From Eledone cirrhosa (lineage: Eukaryota): a stretch of DNA of 64,000 bases. Under the pieces are notes generated by a model, which searched no databases, was not told the DNA's origin, and saw only the letters and a list, made by a program, of their open reading frames with translations. The translations under genes and the position numbers were made by a program. Shown here piece by piece: positions 40,960 through 54,185 of this stretch. How positions within the stretch are numbered: the first letter of the stretch is position 1; each line of letters opens with the position of its first letter. The stretch is from assembly GCA_964016885.1 (NCBI GenBank), contig OZ024740.1:383656001-383720000 (forward strand). The letters run 5' to 3'.

Positions 40960-43900
40960 TTCACAGGGAGGAACAGCGAGTTGTTCGGAGGGAGGATCAG
41001 CCATTTCCACCTAATCACAAGGCAAAGTAAAAAACAAGAAAAACAGCAGCAGCTGCGACAGCGACAGTGGTAGTGACAACAGCAGCAGCAGCAGCAACAG
41101 CAGCCACTGGAACAGTAGTAGCAGTAGTGGAAATTACAACAAACACTTCCCTACGTTAGAAAAATCAAACACCACCACCACCCTAATAACAACAATAACA
41201 ACAGCAACAGCCATAAATAACCCAAAGAACAACAACTATGACAGCAGCAACACAGAGGAAAACAAAAACACCAACGACGGCAACAAAGACAAAACTAGTG
41301 ATGAGTCAACACAAATCAAAACAAACACGTCTTTCGCTAAAGCGACAAACAATTTTGAACAAGTACACATCACTAACGAAGAGATAAAACAAGCAAAGGT
41401 CTTGGTTAAAAAGACCGGACACAGGGTAAGTCTTACCCACCCAGCTGAGATAATAAGAAACAAGGTTTTGTGTTCGGTCAGTTATCGCACGATCGGATCA
41501 AAATCGCGGCGAGTTGAACGGGTCCAAAGAGCTATGGGCAGCGTCTGGGCACAGAAAACATACATAGCCCGGGGATCGAGATATGGCACTGTGGATGTGC
41601 TCTTCGCTACAGCAGAAGAAATCAGAGCACACTCCATTGCGCCACTCCGCAGTGACGAAATCATAATGATTCCCACATACTGCGGCCAGAGAGTCGTGAG
41701 GGTTCGAGTTGGCTATGTTCCGCCCTCAGTGGAGATGGCGTGGTTGACGGCAGCCGTCCTCGCTGACGTTGAGGATTCAACAACCATACTCAACGTCATG
41801 CGAATGAGACAGGAAAATTGGACAGGGTCGGAGATGGAGCTAATCATGCAAGCAAACCATGAGAGCATTGAGGCCATCCCCGATGTAATAGACCTGGACG
41901 ACGGCAGCCATCTACACGTGACTGTCAAAGGTAGGCGCCCATGGTGTTATGGATGCGCTGATAAGACGCACCTTAAGGCATTCTGCTCCAAACTTACCAA
42001 AACAGGCACGCGCCCAACCCTTCTCCCCATGCCGTGCCCCGCAACTGGAGCAGACAAACAAACAAACACAGTGGCAGAAGAGAAATCACCATCCCCAACA
42101 ACAAAAGCACTATATCTTCCACCACCCACAGAACCAATGGAAAGCATACCCCTTCCTGATATAGCTAAATCGGACAAGTAGTGCAATGAGGCCGAAAAGT
42201 GGAAAACTATTCCAACAAAAAAGGAAGAACTCTCTACCGTCACCCTCACCCACCACCCCCGACCTCCCCAAAAGAGGAAGAAAGAACCCTAAAAAAAAAG
42301 AAAATGAAAACTACCCCACCTCCTCCACCACCATCAACAGCCACACCCCCACAACCACCAACACCACCGCCAGCACCACCACCGCCACCCTTAGCATCTA
42401 CCCCATCGTCACCTCCAACAACACGACCATAAACACAGAAAGCACCAACACCCAAACAGCAGACACAATATACAGCCATAGACACAGACAACAAAAAGCT
42501 TTAAATTACATTCAACACCACACCAACATCACAGAAACAAACTACGTACAAACCACCAACATTGCACCCCCACCCCCATAAAAATAATAGAAATAACACA
42601 CAAACATTACATAACATTAAAAAAAATGTTCCCCACATCAATTGGAGACTACCGAGGGAACATCACCAAAAGAATATTCTCGTGGAGAAACCCACCAATG
42701 GTCGGAGGGCTAGATCACCCACCCCCTTCCTAAAGAAGAGCCACAGGAAATGTGTTGTACCCCTCCCCTCTCACTTATTTTCCTCCTACCCTAGCCAACA
42801 TGGCTTCTCTCAGAATAGGTAGCATAAATGTACGTGGCATGGGATCGTCTTGGAAGCAGGGCCACCTGATGAACGATCTCAGGTCGCTAAACATAGATGT
42901 GGTGGCCATCAGTGAGACCAGAATCTCCGAGGCACAGGCATTCGCACCTATTTTCGGCGGCTACGAGGAGTACACATCTCCAAGCCATCCCGGATCGAGG
43001 AGGGGGGGGGGTTGTTCCGGAGAAGTCTGGATCTCGAGATACCGGCCTTCTTCTTGGACCTGGAGGGTAAGTTGGTGGTACTGGACGTGACCAGCGGAGA
43101 AGGACAAGCTTTCAGGCTAGTGGCCGCCTATGCCCCAACAGAAGCAAGACGGCCTGAATTCTTCCGGCGTCTGTAGACCTTTCTTGGAACGTTCCGCTCT
43201 CTAGTGTTAGTGAGCGACTGGGACGGGATCTCAGATGCACGCTGGGATTGTGTGGGATTAGCGTATAGGGGAGGAGGGTATAAAAGCCTCGCAAACCTGC
43301 TAAGACGGTTTCAACGGTCTGCCAGGTGCCGTCTGGATTGCCCGAATGTGCCAATGTGACAAACGCATCAAGTCATCCAGATCATATCTAGATAGTGTAT
43401 TTTGTAGGGAAATAGAGAGGTCTAGCATAGGATGTCCACATTTCAAAATAGTCGACTACACGGACCACAAATTCATGATCAGTGAGGTTGACTTAGATAG
43501 GCTTCATAGTCGCGGCTAGGCTACTGCAAGCTAAACGCGTCATTAACAGCGCGCAAGGCCTATAGAGACCGGATTAGCGAACTAGTTAGGCGGGCGTTGA
43601 CGGGGGTCATCGTCAACAACAAATGGTGGTTTGCTCTGAAAAGAGTGATTAGAATAGAGTCCATTAGGTTTAGTAAGGCTTTAGCAACAGAGAAAAATAC
43701 AGCAGAGGGAGAACTAGTTAGAAAATTAGACGAGGCGCTTAGTAAAGGCATCGCGACCGGCGTACTTGCGGTTAAATTGGCCCTTGACCAATTCTTCAAT
43801 ACAAAGCACGACGGCTGCGTTGTCAGAGATAGGGTGCGTGCTCTCAGACACGAGGGGACGAAAGTCGATCAATGGGCCCGAGTGGAAAAGGCGCGTCGTG

Positions 43901-46382
43901 GCAACAAAGCCACGATCCGGGCCTTGTTGGACCACGATGGGCGCATGCTACTCGATCCCGGACAAATGTGTGAAGCTTTTCAGCGACACTTCGCTCAGAT
44001 GTTCGGGGGCAGCGGGGGGTTGGATGAGGGATGGGCTTTAGTGCCTACCTCGAGAGACTGACGCGGCTCTCAGCCACTGAGGCGGAGTGTTGCGAAAATC
44101 TGATAACAGCCGCTGAAGTACGGGAGTCAATGACTGGCTGCACAAGGGGTAAATCGCCTGGTTTGGATGGCCTGCCCTATGAACTTTACGTACAGATGCC
44201 AGACTTGTTCAGAGGCCCCTTGGCGGTAGTCTACTGCAACTGGCCAGAGAACGGGAGAATTCTAAGCTCTGTGAGCCGTGGACCCGTGGAGCTGCTGAGA
44301 AAGGATCCGAACAAGGGGGATAACATAAATAATTTCAGGCCCATAACTTTGCTAAACACAGAGTTCAAGATTTTGGCCAACGTGCTAGCAAAGAGGTTGG
44401 CGCGTCTCGTTAGTGGTTTGGTGGGAGAGGCGCAGATATGCGCCATTCCAGACAGATCCATCCACGACAACCTCCACCTCATGCGATACATCGTGGAGAG
44501 GGTAGCTAGGGAACCTGGCACGGGTGGGTCCTTGATCAATTTAGATCAGTCGAAAGCTTTCGATAGTGTCGACCATCGTTATCTGGCGGCAGTCCTGATG
44601 GTGGCTTGCTTTGGACCCGTCTTCAGAGGCTGGATCGCTGCCGTGCACAGCGACATCTGCTCTGTGGTGAGACTGAATGGTCACCTTTCGGAACCGTTCA
44701 CCATCATGCGCTCGGTCCGCCAAGGATGTCCCCTCTCGTCCCTCTTGTACGTATAGACTCTCAGCAATTAATGCACAAACTGGAGTCGAACGCCAAACAC
44801 ATCGAGGCGATCGGCACTACACTAAGAGAATACGAAGCGGTGACAGGAGCAATGATCAACCAGTAAATGTCGGTGGGCCTGCAGCTCGGCACCTGGAGAG
44901 GCAGGTCCATGCCGTCCAACAGCGTCGTCGGGAGCTGGACGGGGGACCGGTTAAATTACTAGAGGTCTGGTTCGGTCCGGACCTCCAGACGGACAAAAAC
45001 TGGGACGAGGTGAGGAGCAGGGTGGCTTCTCTCACCCAGAAATGGGCGGACAGGAAGCTATCCCTGAAAGGTCGAGCGGAGGTGGCGTATGCGTACATCG
45101 TGTCCGTCATCTACTACCGCCTGACCGTCGTGCCATGTCCTAAGCCTCGCTTGACTGCGCTAGAGCATTTGCTCTTTCGCTTTTTGTGGAAGTGACGGGC
45201 TTCGATGGTCAGGCGGTCCATCTGCTGTCAACACCCGCTATGTGGAGGGCTGGGCATGCCGTTGCTGATGATGCGCAGACACGCGCTCAGGCTACGGCCT
45301 CTCCACCTCTTCCTCGACGGTGATCAGGTGTGGTCGCCGTTTGCTAGGGGCGTCTTTCCCCGGCTCGTCTCCTTGACGGAGCTGCAGTCATGGGTCCAGC
45401 GGAGACCGAGTGGGAGCGCTTGGAGACCGATATGACTTCAGGTCTTCACAGCCCTCGATCAGTCGGGCAATATGATCGGTGGAAACTCCACCTTAGCGTT
45501 CTATACAGGAATAGTGGAGGGGAAGAGCGACGACGTACTTGGAGAAACTCTATGCGTCGACGAGAGTCAACTAGCCAATCTCTTCAGAAGAACTTTCGGG
45601 CCGAGACCTATGGACATTTTCAGAAATCCCTGGCTTGGAATTGCTACCGAGGATATTTGCCAGTTCGGGATAAACTCTACAGGCATGGAAGTGCCGTCAG
45701 CCGAGCATAACCGAGATGCCGGCAGGGCGACAAAATCGTCCTGCACGCATTTGTCCAGTGTATGAGCATTGCTGACTTGTGGTTTTATGTCGAAAACCTG
45801 CTGTCGCTTGTAGAACGGATCCGGCTATCAGCTGAGTCCATCGTGAGGGATGCCCCGCCCTCCTCATTTAGCCGGGAAGGGCAGGCAGTTTTTATCTGTC
45901 TGGTGGCCATGGCGAAAGAGATAGTATGGTGGTCGCGTCTGAAAGGGCTGAACACGAGCACTTACCTCTTCGGTGATGCCCTGATTAACTTATTCAAATT
46001 TCATTTGAAAAGGAAAATAAGGATAGAGAGGAAGTGCTCTCTTCCCAGTATTTTGTTGAAAGATGGGTGAAAGAGGCAAGAATGGCCCGTGTGAATGCGG
46101 CTACTCTGAGTATGTGCCTGTAAATTGAAGGTGGAAAACTGGGAGAGGGCCCTGGTGGTCAGGGTTACCGTGGCATATTTTTAATGGGCTTTCTCCACGA
46201 TGGCCCTCGGAAGTCTACCCCCTATTGGGGAATTTTTCATTGTTACTTCTTTATTACATCCTTTGTTTTTGTTTTTTCTACACGCAGAAATGCATATTTG
46301 TACCGTCCTGTATTGTCCTGTATTGTCCAATACTGTCCTTAATGTCTTACTTTGTGTAAACCCTTGTGGTTAACAAAGAAAG
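40960..46382 (+). mobile_element. Near full-length L1/Tx1-like LINE, decayed
   Basis: ORF1 with CYGC..HLKAFC zinc knuckle (41402-42181). ORF2 from 42800: MASLRIGSINVRG/AISET (APE), KSPGLDGLPYE, FRPITLLN, LDQSKAFD, SVRQGCPLS. 3'UTR shared with 10315-12104. Confidence 0.92.
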
Positions 46383-47319
46383 CATTATTGCCCTCTAGGA
46401 GCGAAATATAAAGTTGAGTAGAAAGGAACAAGTACAGTGAGGGTTTACATAAAAAGAAGTGTAAGGAAAGGAAAGCAGGTAACACTTAATAAATAACCAA
46501 CAACAGAGGTCCCTTACAGGGAAGAACATCATCCTGGGATAGTTTAGTAATATATCTGAAACCAACCGTCTTCTGTCAACTATCTAGCCTACAAGCGCAT
46601 ACTCAAAATAGGTCCATTCCCTTCAGTTATCCCCGCTTTACTTACTAAACTTCAAAATAATATCCTGGGGCTGCACTTCTCTCTCTATACTCACCATTCC
46701 TTTCCAATTTGAACTTGAAAACGTTGATGAGACTTTGGCAGAATTGAGAAGTGTCTGTTTTCAGTCCTTTCAACCTGGTTCAACGAACAACCCAGCTATA
46801 GCCTCCAGACAGATGGAAACTACTTGTCTTTCCAGGTCAAAAGAAAATGATAGGCGATCTTCACAATGGAGTCAGTCGAAAGCTAGAAACTTCCTACATG
46901 CGACAATAGCCGTTCGATAAAATACTACAAGTCATCAGTCTGATTAGTATTTTCTCGTCGATACCGCCAGTCGTCCCAGAAAACGTTTTGTAGATGCCCA
47001 CAACTCTACAGAACATACTGTGGAATGTTAACTGATCGCATTACATGATTGATGGAACACTGTGAACGTCTGACAAAATTCCAGATGACAGGCGTCCAGT
47101 CACGGCTGTCGCTACGTCCATGACTGTAGCTCTGTCATAGAGACGAGCTGTGGAAAGATGTGCCCGACAAAGGGCGACCACACCTGTTCACCGTTTAGGG
47201 ATATCTGCAATATCGCAGCCTCAGCGCATCATCAACTAGGGAACAACCAGCCCTCAAAATAAAGGGTGTTGGCAGAACATAGACCACATAGCCGTTAGCT
47301 ATCGATTCTAAAATAAAAA

Positions 47320-47569
47320 TCTAGTCAGCGAGGAGTTCACATGATGTGTGACGAAAGAGCATTGACAATATATATTGACCTTCCGGTTATAAAACCAACC
47401 AACCAACCGGAAATTTATAATAAATTTATAAGTGAAAACCAGGAGGTGCGTGGGTTTTTATGGGTAGCATGACCCCCCCCCCCCCCCCAACAAAAAAAAA
47501 AAATTATAAAAATATCTGTTTCAGCACACGTTTTCAGATAAGAAATCTTGCAAAACAAATTCAAAAAAC

Positions 47570-47575
<6 letters not shown>
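47320..47575 (+). mobile_element. Solo pseudo-LTR end of a relative of the 30-37 kb PLE, abutting (CA)n
   Basis: YKNICFSTRFQIRNLAKQIQK vs [21 protein letters not shown]; degenerate HHR at 47324-47366. Confidence 0.7.
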
Positions 47576-47601
<26 letters not shown>

Positions 47602-47611
47602 TACGCGCACT

Positions 47612-47707
<96 letters not shown>

Positions 47708-47853
47708 GTACATTGTATAACTTTCGGGTGAAATAGAAAACTACAATGATATAATCATTATAATTTGTTGTTAAAATTTAAAATGGTACGAATCACAAAC
47801 TTCATAATTTGGCGGATCTCATGAAAGACGAGACATTGTTTCAGTATTATAAT

Positions 47854-48030
47854 CGGGCGGTGGATTGGCATTATCGGTAGTGAGTCTGACGCCATGCTTT
47901 GCAGCATAGACTTACGGCCCTTACCATTCTGAGTTCAAATCCCGCCGAGTTTACCTTTGCCTTTCATCCTTACGGGTCGATAAAATAAAGTTCCAGTAAT
48001 GCACTGGGTAATTGCTTACCTTGTGCCATA
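47854..48030 (+). mobile_element. tRNA-derived SINE
   Basis: GGGCGGTGGATTGGCA..GAGTTCAAATCCCGCCGAG..GCCTTTCATCCTTACGGG. Confidence 0.85.
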
Positions 48031-48804
48031 ATCATTTCATGCATGTGATGAATTACATTGTAATTCTACTGTTCTGTGTTTAAGTTAACGCCTGTTTATG
48101 AGTTGGTATTTTGCATGTTAAGTCATTTTGGCAATTCGATAAAACGAGATCGATAAATTATCTACCAGACGGAAACACTTCTGGGCTCCATTGAGTGAAA
48201 CAATAAATAATACAAGACTCTTATATACAGTGCTAGATTTAACTGCGATTAGATCGATTTTCTCCTATTGGTTCCTTCATCTAAGAATGCCCTACTTTAG
48301 ACTATTTGTTTAAATTTATGAAGCGCAGATTTATGAGGTCATTATTTCATATACTGGGGTATTTTCAGGTTCACGGTTTAAGATGCCGATTTAGCATTAA
48401 GATAATGCTTAAATCATTGTTTTAATAGACACACTTCAAATTTTTAGTGCAAACAATACTATTAAGATTCGCAATTCTAATATTGTTAAATTTATTTTGT
48501 TATATAACTTCTAGTACAATTTTTAATTTATGAGATTTGAATTAATAAAATCTAGAAGAAAACAATATATAATGCATTGAGTTTCAAATTAATTGAAGTG
48601 ATTCAATAAATTAAGTCATAATAACTAAATATTTTTAGTAAATGATATTGAACATCTAGCGGAATACTGGCAGTTAAAGAGACATACATTCAACATTGTA
48701 AATGGACACATACCAAGTGTTAGATTCATGCGTGTACACACATATAATCGCGTAATTCTTCTTCTTCTTCTTCTTCTTCTTCTTCTTCTTCTTCTTCTTC
48801 TTTC

Positions 48805-49725
48805 CAATTATCTCACAGCTATCGACAAGATTTCCCTAATATGCTGGTGTGGACCTGGACCGACCGCATAGGGTCATGAAGATCGTATATAGATAGGTTT
48901 TTTTTTATTAGGTCAATAGATAAGAGATAATATAAGTTGTCCAGACTTTCAAACGCTCGCCTATTCAGATCACAATTTTGTGATCTGTATGGTCAAGCTA
49001 AATAAGACTTGTAGGTTACGACGTGGGTACTGGAAGCTGAACATGTCATTTTCGGCACGTAAGGATTACAGGGACCGGGTTAAAAATTAATTAATAAACG
49101 TTGACAGGGGAGGTCATGAACAACAGGTGGTGGGTAGGGGTTCTCAAATGAGTGTTTAAAGTAATTTCGATAATTTTTAGTAAAGAAGAAGCTTTAGAGG
49201 AAAATAGAAAAGAGGGAAAACAGATAGCTAAATGAGACGAGGCTATTCGCAGTGGCATTGCAACTGACGTGCCAGCGGTGAGAATGGCATTAGGACATCT
49301 TCGATACGAAACCCGAACTTTGCATCGTCAGAGCTAAGGTGTATGCTCTAAGACACGAGGGAACCAAAGTTGCTCGATTACTCCGCGTGGAAAGGGAGAT
49401 GAGGGTGGAGAGAGAAATGCATTCCCCCAGAAAAAACCTTTAAAAGGTGGGTGATTGTTTCGCGGATGGCCCGTGTGAATGGGCCTATTCTGAACATGCG
49501 CCTGCAGGCGGTAAAGATAGAGAGGGTGCTCTTCGAGATGAAGGTGGGTCGGGATTTGTGGGGTTTCGAAAGTGACACTAGGTATCCCCTCTACTGGGTA
49601 ATTCTTTTGATATTTTTTTATTCATTGTTTGTGTTAATTATTTTTACTCGATTGCAGGTACCTCCACTGTCCCCATCCTTGTATTGTCATCTTTATGCTT
49701 TCCCTTGTGGCCAATATTAAACAAA
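48805..49725 (+). mobile_element. Internally deleted L1/Tx1-like element (APE C-terminus joined to 3' end)
   Basis: FPNMLVWTW..RSYIDR..YSDHNFV..GYWKLN..LRHEGTK, then a jump to MARVNGP.L.M.L and a 3'UTR. Confidence 0.75.
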
Positions 49726-49746
49726 TCTTTATTATTATTATTATTA

Positions 49747-49939
49747 TTGGCAGTATCGTTAGAGGGTTGGACGCCATGCTTTCTAGCATAGTTACGTCCC
49801 TTTACATTCTGAGCTTAAATCCAGCCGAGGTTGACTTTGCCTTTTATCCTTACGGGGTCGATAAAATAAAGTACCAGTAATGTACTGGTTAATTGCTGGC
49901 CTTGTGCCTAAAGTAGAAACAATTATTATTATTATTATT
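49747..49939 (+). mobile_element. tRNA-derived SINE with (ATT)n tail
   Basis: Matches the SINE consensus seen elsewhere in the window. Confidence 0.85.
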
Positions 49940-52900
49940 GTTCTTTGAGTCTCAGTCATTGATGTTATTTAACTGGAAAGTTTGTTGAAATGAATATCAA
50001 GCCACTACCTTCAGCCTCAGATATTCAAGATGTATCGGAGAGTTCTAGCTGTTCCAGGCAACCTTACCTTATGAGTGTTCCCAAAAGCGGGGATGGACTA
50101 ATTTTCTTTAACCATCCTTGGAAACTCCCTGAGATAGTACCTAGTGCGCCTATGACAATCGGGACCACTTTGACTTCATGGCAGTTCCAAATCCTTTTTA
50201 CCACCCACTTTAAATCCTGGTATCGGTTAATTTTCTCCCTATCCTTCTCTTGCAATCTCGTGTCGAATGGCCAGGCTACATCTACAATCAGGCACGATCT
50301 TTTTTCCTTGTCCAAAACCACCAGGTCAGGTCTATTGTGTTCCAGTTTCTTGTCCGTCTGTATCCTAAAATCCCACAGCAACTTCACCTGATCGTTTTCT
50401 ATCACCGACTCTGGCTTATGCCCATACCACTTCTCAGAATGTGTTAAATTGTTTACGTTGCATAGGTGCAAGTGGATCACCTTGCCCATCACATCATATC
50501 TCCAGCCTTTATAGTGATTTGGGGCTAGGTGTTTACACTCGGATACAATGTGAGCCACTGTCTCATCTCTCTCTCCACAGATCCTACACAGTGGTCTAGC
50601 CTCGTCCTTGTAAATATGGTGTTTCACCCACTTCGTTTTGAGGGCCTGCTCTTGCGCAGCCATTAGCATTCCTTCTGTAGCCTTTTTAATGTCTCCTCTT
50701 TTCAACCAGTTCCATGTATGTGGGTCTCTAAATTCAGTTTTCTCAAAGAAGGTACTATGAAGGGAGTTTCATGAAGGTTGCTCTTCCTCCTTGATGTTAC
50801 TTACTCCTTGGACATCCCCTGGTCTATTGTCATCTCCTTCAGTACAATTCTGAGCATTGGCTCCCTACTATCAGTCACGGATTTGCGTAGGTTGTTTTCT
50901 CCATCTGAACACAGTCCTCTATGCTGATAAGACCTCTTCCACCTTCAGATCTCCTTAAGTAGAGTCTATTGACACCACTGCTCTTATGGAACATGTTGTA
51001 GATAGTCAATAGCTTCCATTTCTTTTTGTTCAGAAACATTCCATCTCAGAATTCCCGCACTGTACCTAATAATAGACACATCTTGGGAATTGACTGCACT
51101 TATGGCATTCCTACTGTTCAGATGTGATTTTAATACGCTCCTTACTCTCAGAATGTACTCAGATCTTATCAATTTCTTCATTTTTTTTTGTTCTTGATTT
51201 CATCTTCCCCCAGAACCCCTAAATATTTGTATCCCTCTTCAGTGTCAATTTCCTTCATCATCTCACCTGTTGGTACCTGGATTCCATTACTTCTGCTCAA
51301 TTTACCCCTCTTCATCACTAGGACTTCACACTTACTAATACCAAATTGCATACATATATGATTGCTGAAAATACGGACAGTGTCAACATGCACATCCAAC
51401 TCCTTGTCACTCTTCCCGATGAGCTTAAGATCGTCCATGAAGAGGAGGTGATTGATGGTAAGCTCTCCTTTTCCCAACTTGTATCCTACTCTCACTTTTC
51501 GCAGTATAATGATCAGGGATATCAGGGCAGGGACAAATAACAGAGGGGACGAACTATCTCCCTGGAAGATACCTTTCTTATCTTCACGCCTCCCAAGGAT
51601 TCTCCACCCAATGTTAACTCTGTTTTCAGGACTTCATACTCTTGCTCAACAACTGTCTGATGTTATCTGCCACCTTGAAGATCTCTAGGCTTTTGCTTAT
51701 CCAAGAATGAGGTACCATGTCGAATGCCTTTTTGTAGTCTATCCATCCCATGGCAAGACCAGTGTGGCTCTTCTTGCAAATCCTCATTACTATCTTATCA
51801 ATAAGTAACTGATCCTTTGTACCACGGCACTTCTTTCCGCATCCTTTCTATTCGTCCGGTAACAAGTTGTTTGTGTGGAGGTGATGGTAGATTTCCTCAG
51901 ACATAAGGCTTATCAACAGTTTCCACATTACGGACAGACATGTGATATGTCTATAGTTGGTAACATCATTACCCCTGATTCGGTCTTTCATTACCAGAAC
52001 TGTGGTACCTTTTGTTAACCACTCTTGTACCTCACCTGATGTCAAGCAGTCATTGAACATGGTTGTCAGTTTCAGGTGGAGGCATGTTATATTTTTAATC
52101 CAATACCCCTGCACACCATCTGGGCCTGGTGATTTCCAGTTGGTTAGTTTTTTGGCCTGCCCCTTAAGAGTTTCAACTGTGATACTCAAATCAGTTTGTT
52201 GGTGTGCCTGTTCACCGATCTCCTTTTGTACTGTCTCAATCCACACTGCCTGACTATTATGTTCAACATCCTGCTCCCATATTCCTCCCCAGAATGTCTT
52301 AGTCTGTTCTGCCTCAGGGATCAAGTCGTTGCTTCTTCCTTTCCCTTCAAGCTGTCCAAACAACATCTTCTGGTTGTTGTCAAACATGCGGTTCTGTCTA
52401 TACTGACTGACTCTGATCTCATATCGCCTAATCTTCGCACTCCTTGCTACAATGCGTTGCTTCAGTTACTCTATGATAATATTTAGCTTTTGCCTCCTAG
52501 TTTTGTACTTTATTTCCAGTCTATTTTTAATGTCTATGTTTTGTAGTGTCCCATTCAGTAGGGACTCAAACTTTCCAATGTCATTTCTCATTTCCCTGAT
52601 TTGACCATTCAGTCGTTTCTTCCACCAAGGTTCTGATCTTTCTTGTTTGTTGTTTATTCTCGCTTTTATGCCAAGTAATTTACTCACCGCATTTGCTGTT
52701 GCTTTGAGGATATTGTTGCACTGGTGAAGGCTCCTCGCCTCAAAGTATGGGATGACTTTGTTTATCTTAGGTGTTGTTTCTTTTAACTTTTTCCTGTCTA
52801 CAAATCTTAGGTTCATAGGTTTCCCACTATCATTGTTCATTTCATCTACCACTAATATTAGGATATCAACCAAACCTTGTCCTAGCCCGTCAGCATTCAT

Positions 52901-53500
52901 TTCCTCAGTGGCCGTATCTTTGTTCCAGGTATTATTTATTTCAGCATTCAGATCATTATCTGCTTCGGATGCTTCCTCCGTTCTCTCAACCTCTTCACCT
53001 TTATTTCCCACTGGCTCGTTTGCCTGGCATTCTCCACTCTCTATTTCCAAGCTAATCTCTCTGCTCAGTTCCTCCAGTTACAGCTCGCTTATCCATCCAT
53101 TAGTTCTTATTACCTGAGCCTGCCCGGCCAATTATTTTTCTTCTAATTTAAATAGACCAATCTCGTTCCAGATGTTATGCACCCGTTTCCTATAGCCTTT
53201 CTCCTTGGGGTTACTCTTCAGGTACATTGCACACTAGTTCTATTCTATTATTTCGTCCAGTTGGTTCTGGTCCCTTTCCTTCTTCTTCTTCCTCCAACAC
53301 CAGCAGTATTCGGATGACAGCCAGGTCCCTGCTGCTGGGCCAGGGAGCACCTGCTGGGTGAGAGTCTGTCACATAACGTTCCAGTCTCCTCTTCACCGTT
53401 ATTCGAACTGTTTAGGTTCGACATTTAAACACTCATATCGAGGATTGGTGAATGTATGTTACATAACCACCGGTGATTTTAGCATGGCACTATCACGCTG
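49940..53500 (-). mobile_element. R4/Dong-like non-LTR retrotransposon (RT plus RLE), decayed
   Basis: WKSPGPDG, YRHITCL, GIFQGDSSSP, NHLLFMDDLKL, YKYLG; CRIC..ETVAHIVSEC, NRPDLVV..VDVAWP..EKINRYQDL; 3' end abuts (TAA)n. Confidence 0.9.
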
Positions 53501-53754
53501 TAGACAAACATAAATAAATAAACAATTAAATAAATAAAAACTTTAAAAAATAAACATAAGTTTCATTGTAATGTTTGAATGTCTGACTTAGTTTTTTTGT
53601 GTTTTTTTTTCCTTAACATTTTTCGCTTTTCATGGCCAGTAGCATCGGTTACTAGTGTTGTTGCTGCTGTGCTGTTTTGGTTGTAGCTTCGGGGGAAGTA
53701 GGGATTGTTGCGTTCAAAACCTTTGAAATTTTGTTTCAACTTGTTGCTTATCGG

Positions 53755-54185
53755 TGAATTGGCAGTATCGGTAGAGGGTTGGACGCCAGGCTTTTTAGCA
53801 TAGTTACGTCCCTTTACAGTCTGAGTTCAAATCCCGCCGAGGTTAACTTTGCCTTTCATCCTTACGGGGTCAATAAAATAAAGTAGAAGTAGTGTACTGG
53901 ATAATTGCTGGCCTTGTGCGGGAGCGATTCCATAACACTCTATCCACCACGTGCGTTATTATTATTAGGGCGGCAGATTGGTAATATCGGTAGAGCCTCT
54001 GATGCAACGCCTCACAACACGGAGTTATGAACCTTTACGTTCTGAGCTTTGTCTTTTATCCTTACATGATCGATATAATAAAGCACCAGTAATGCACTGG
54101 GGTCGATTTAATCGTCTTTCTTCTCCTCCGAAAATTCTGACCTCGTGTTTATAGTAGAAACAATTATTATTATTATTATTATTAT
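53755..54185 (+). mobile_element. Two tRNA-derived SINE copies
   Basis: ~53755-53920 and ~53968-54185 match the SINE consensus; (ATT)n tail. Confidence 0.8.
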
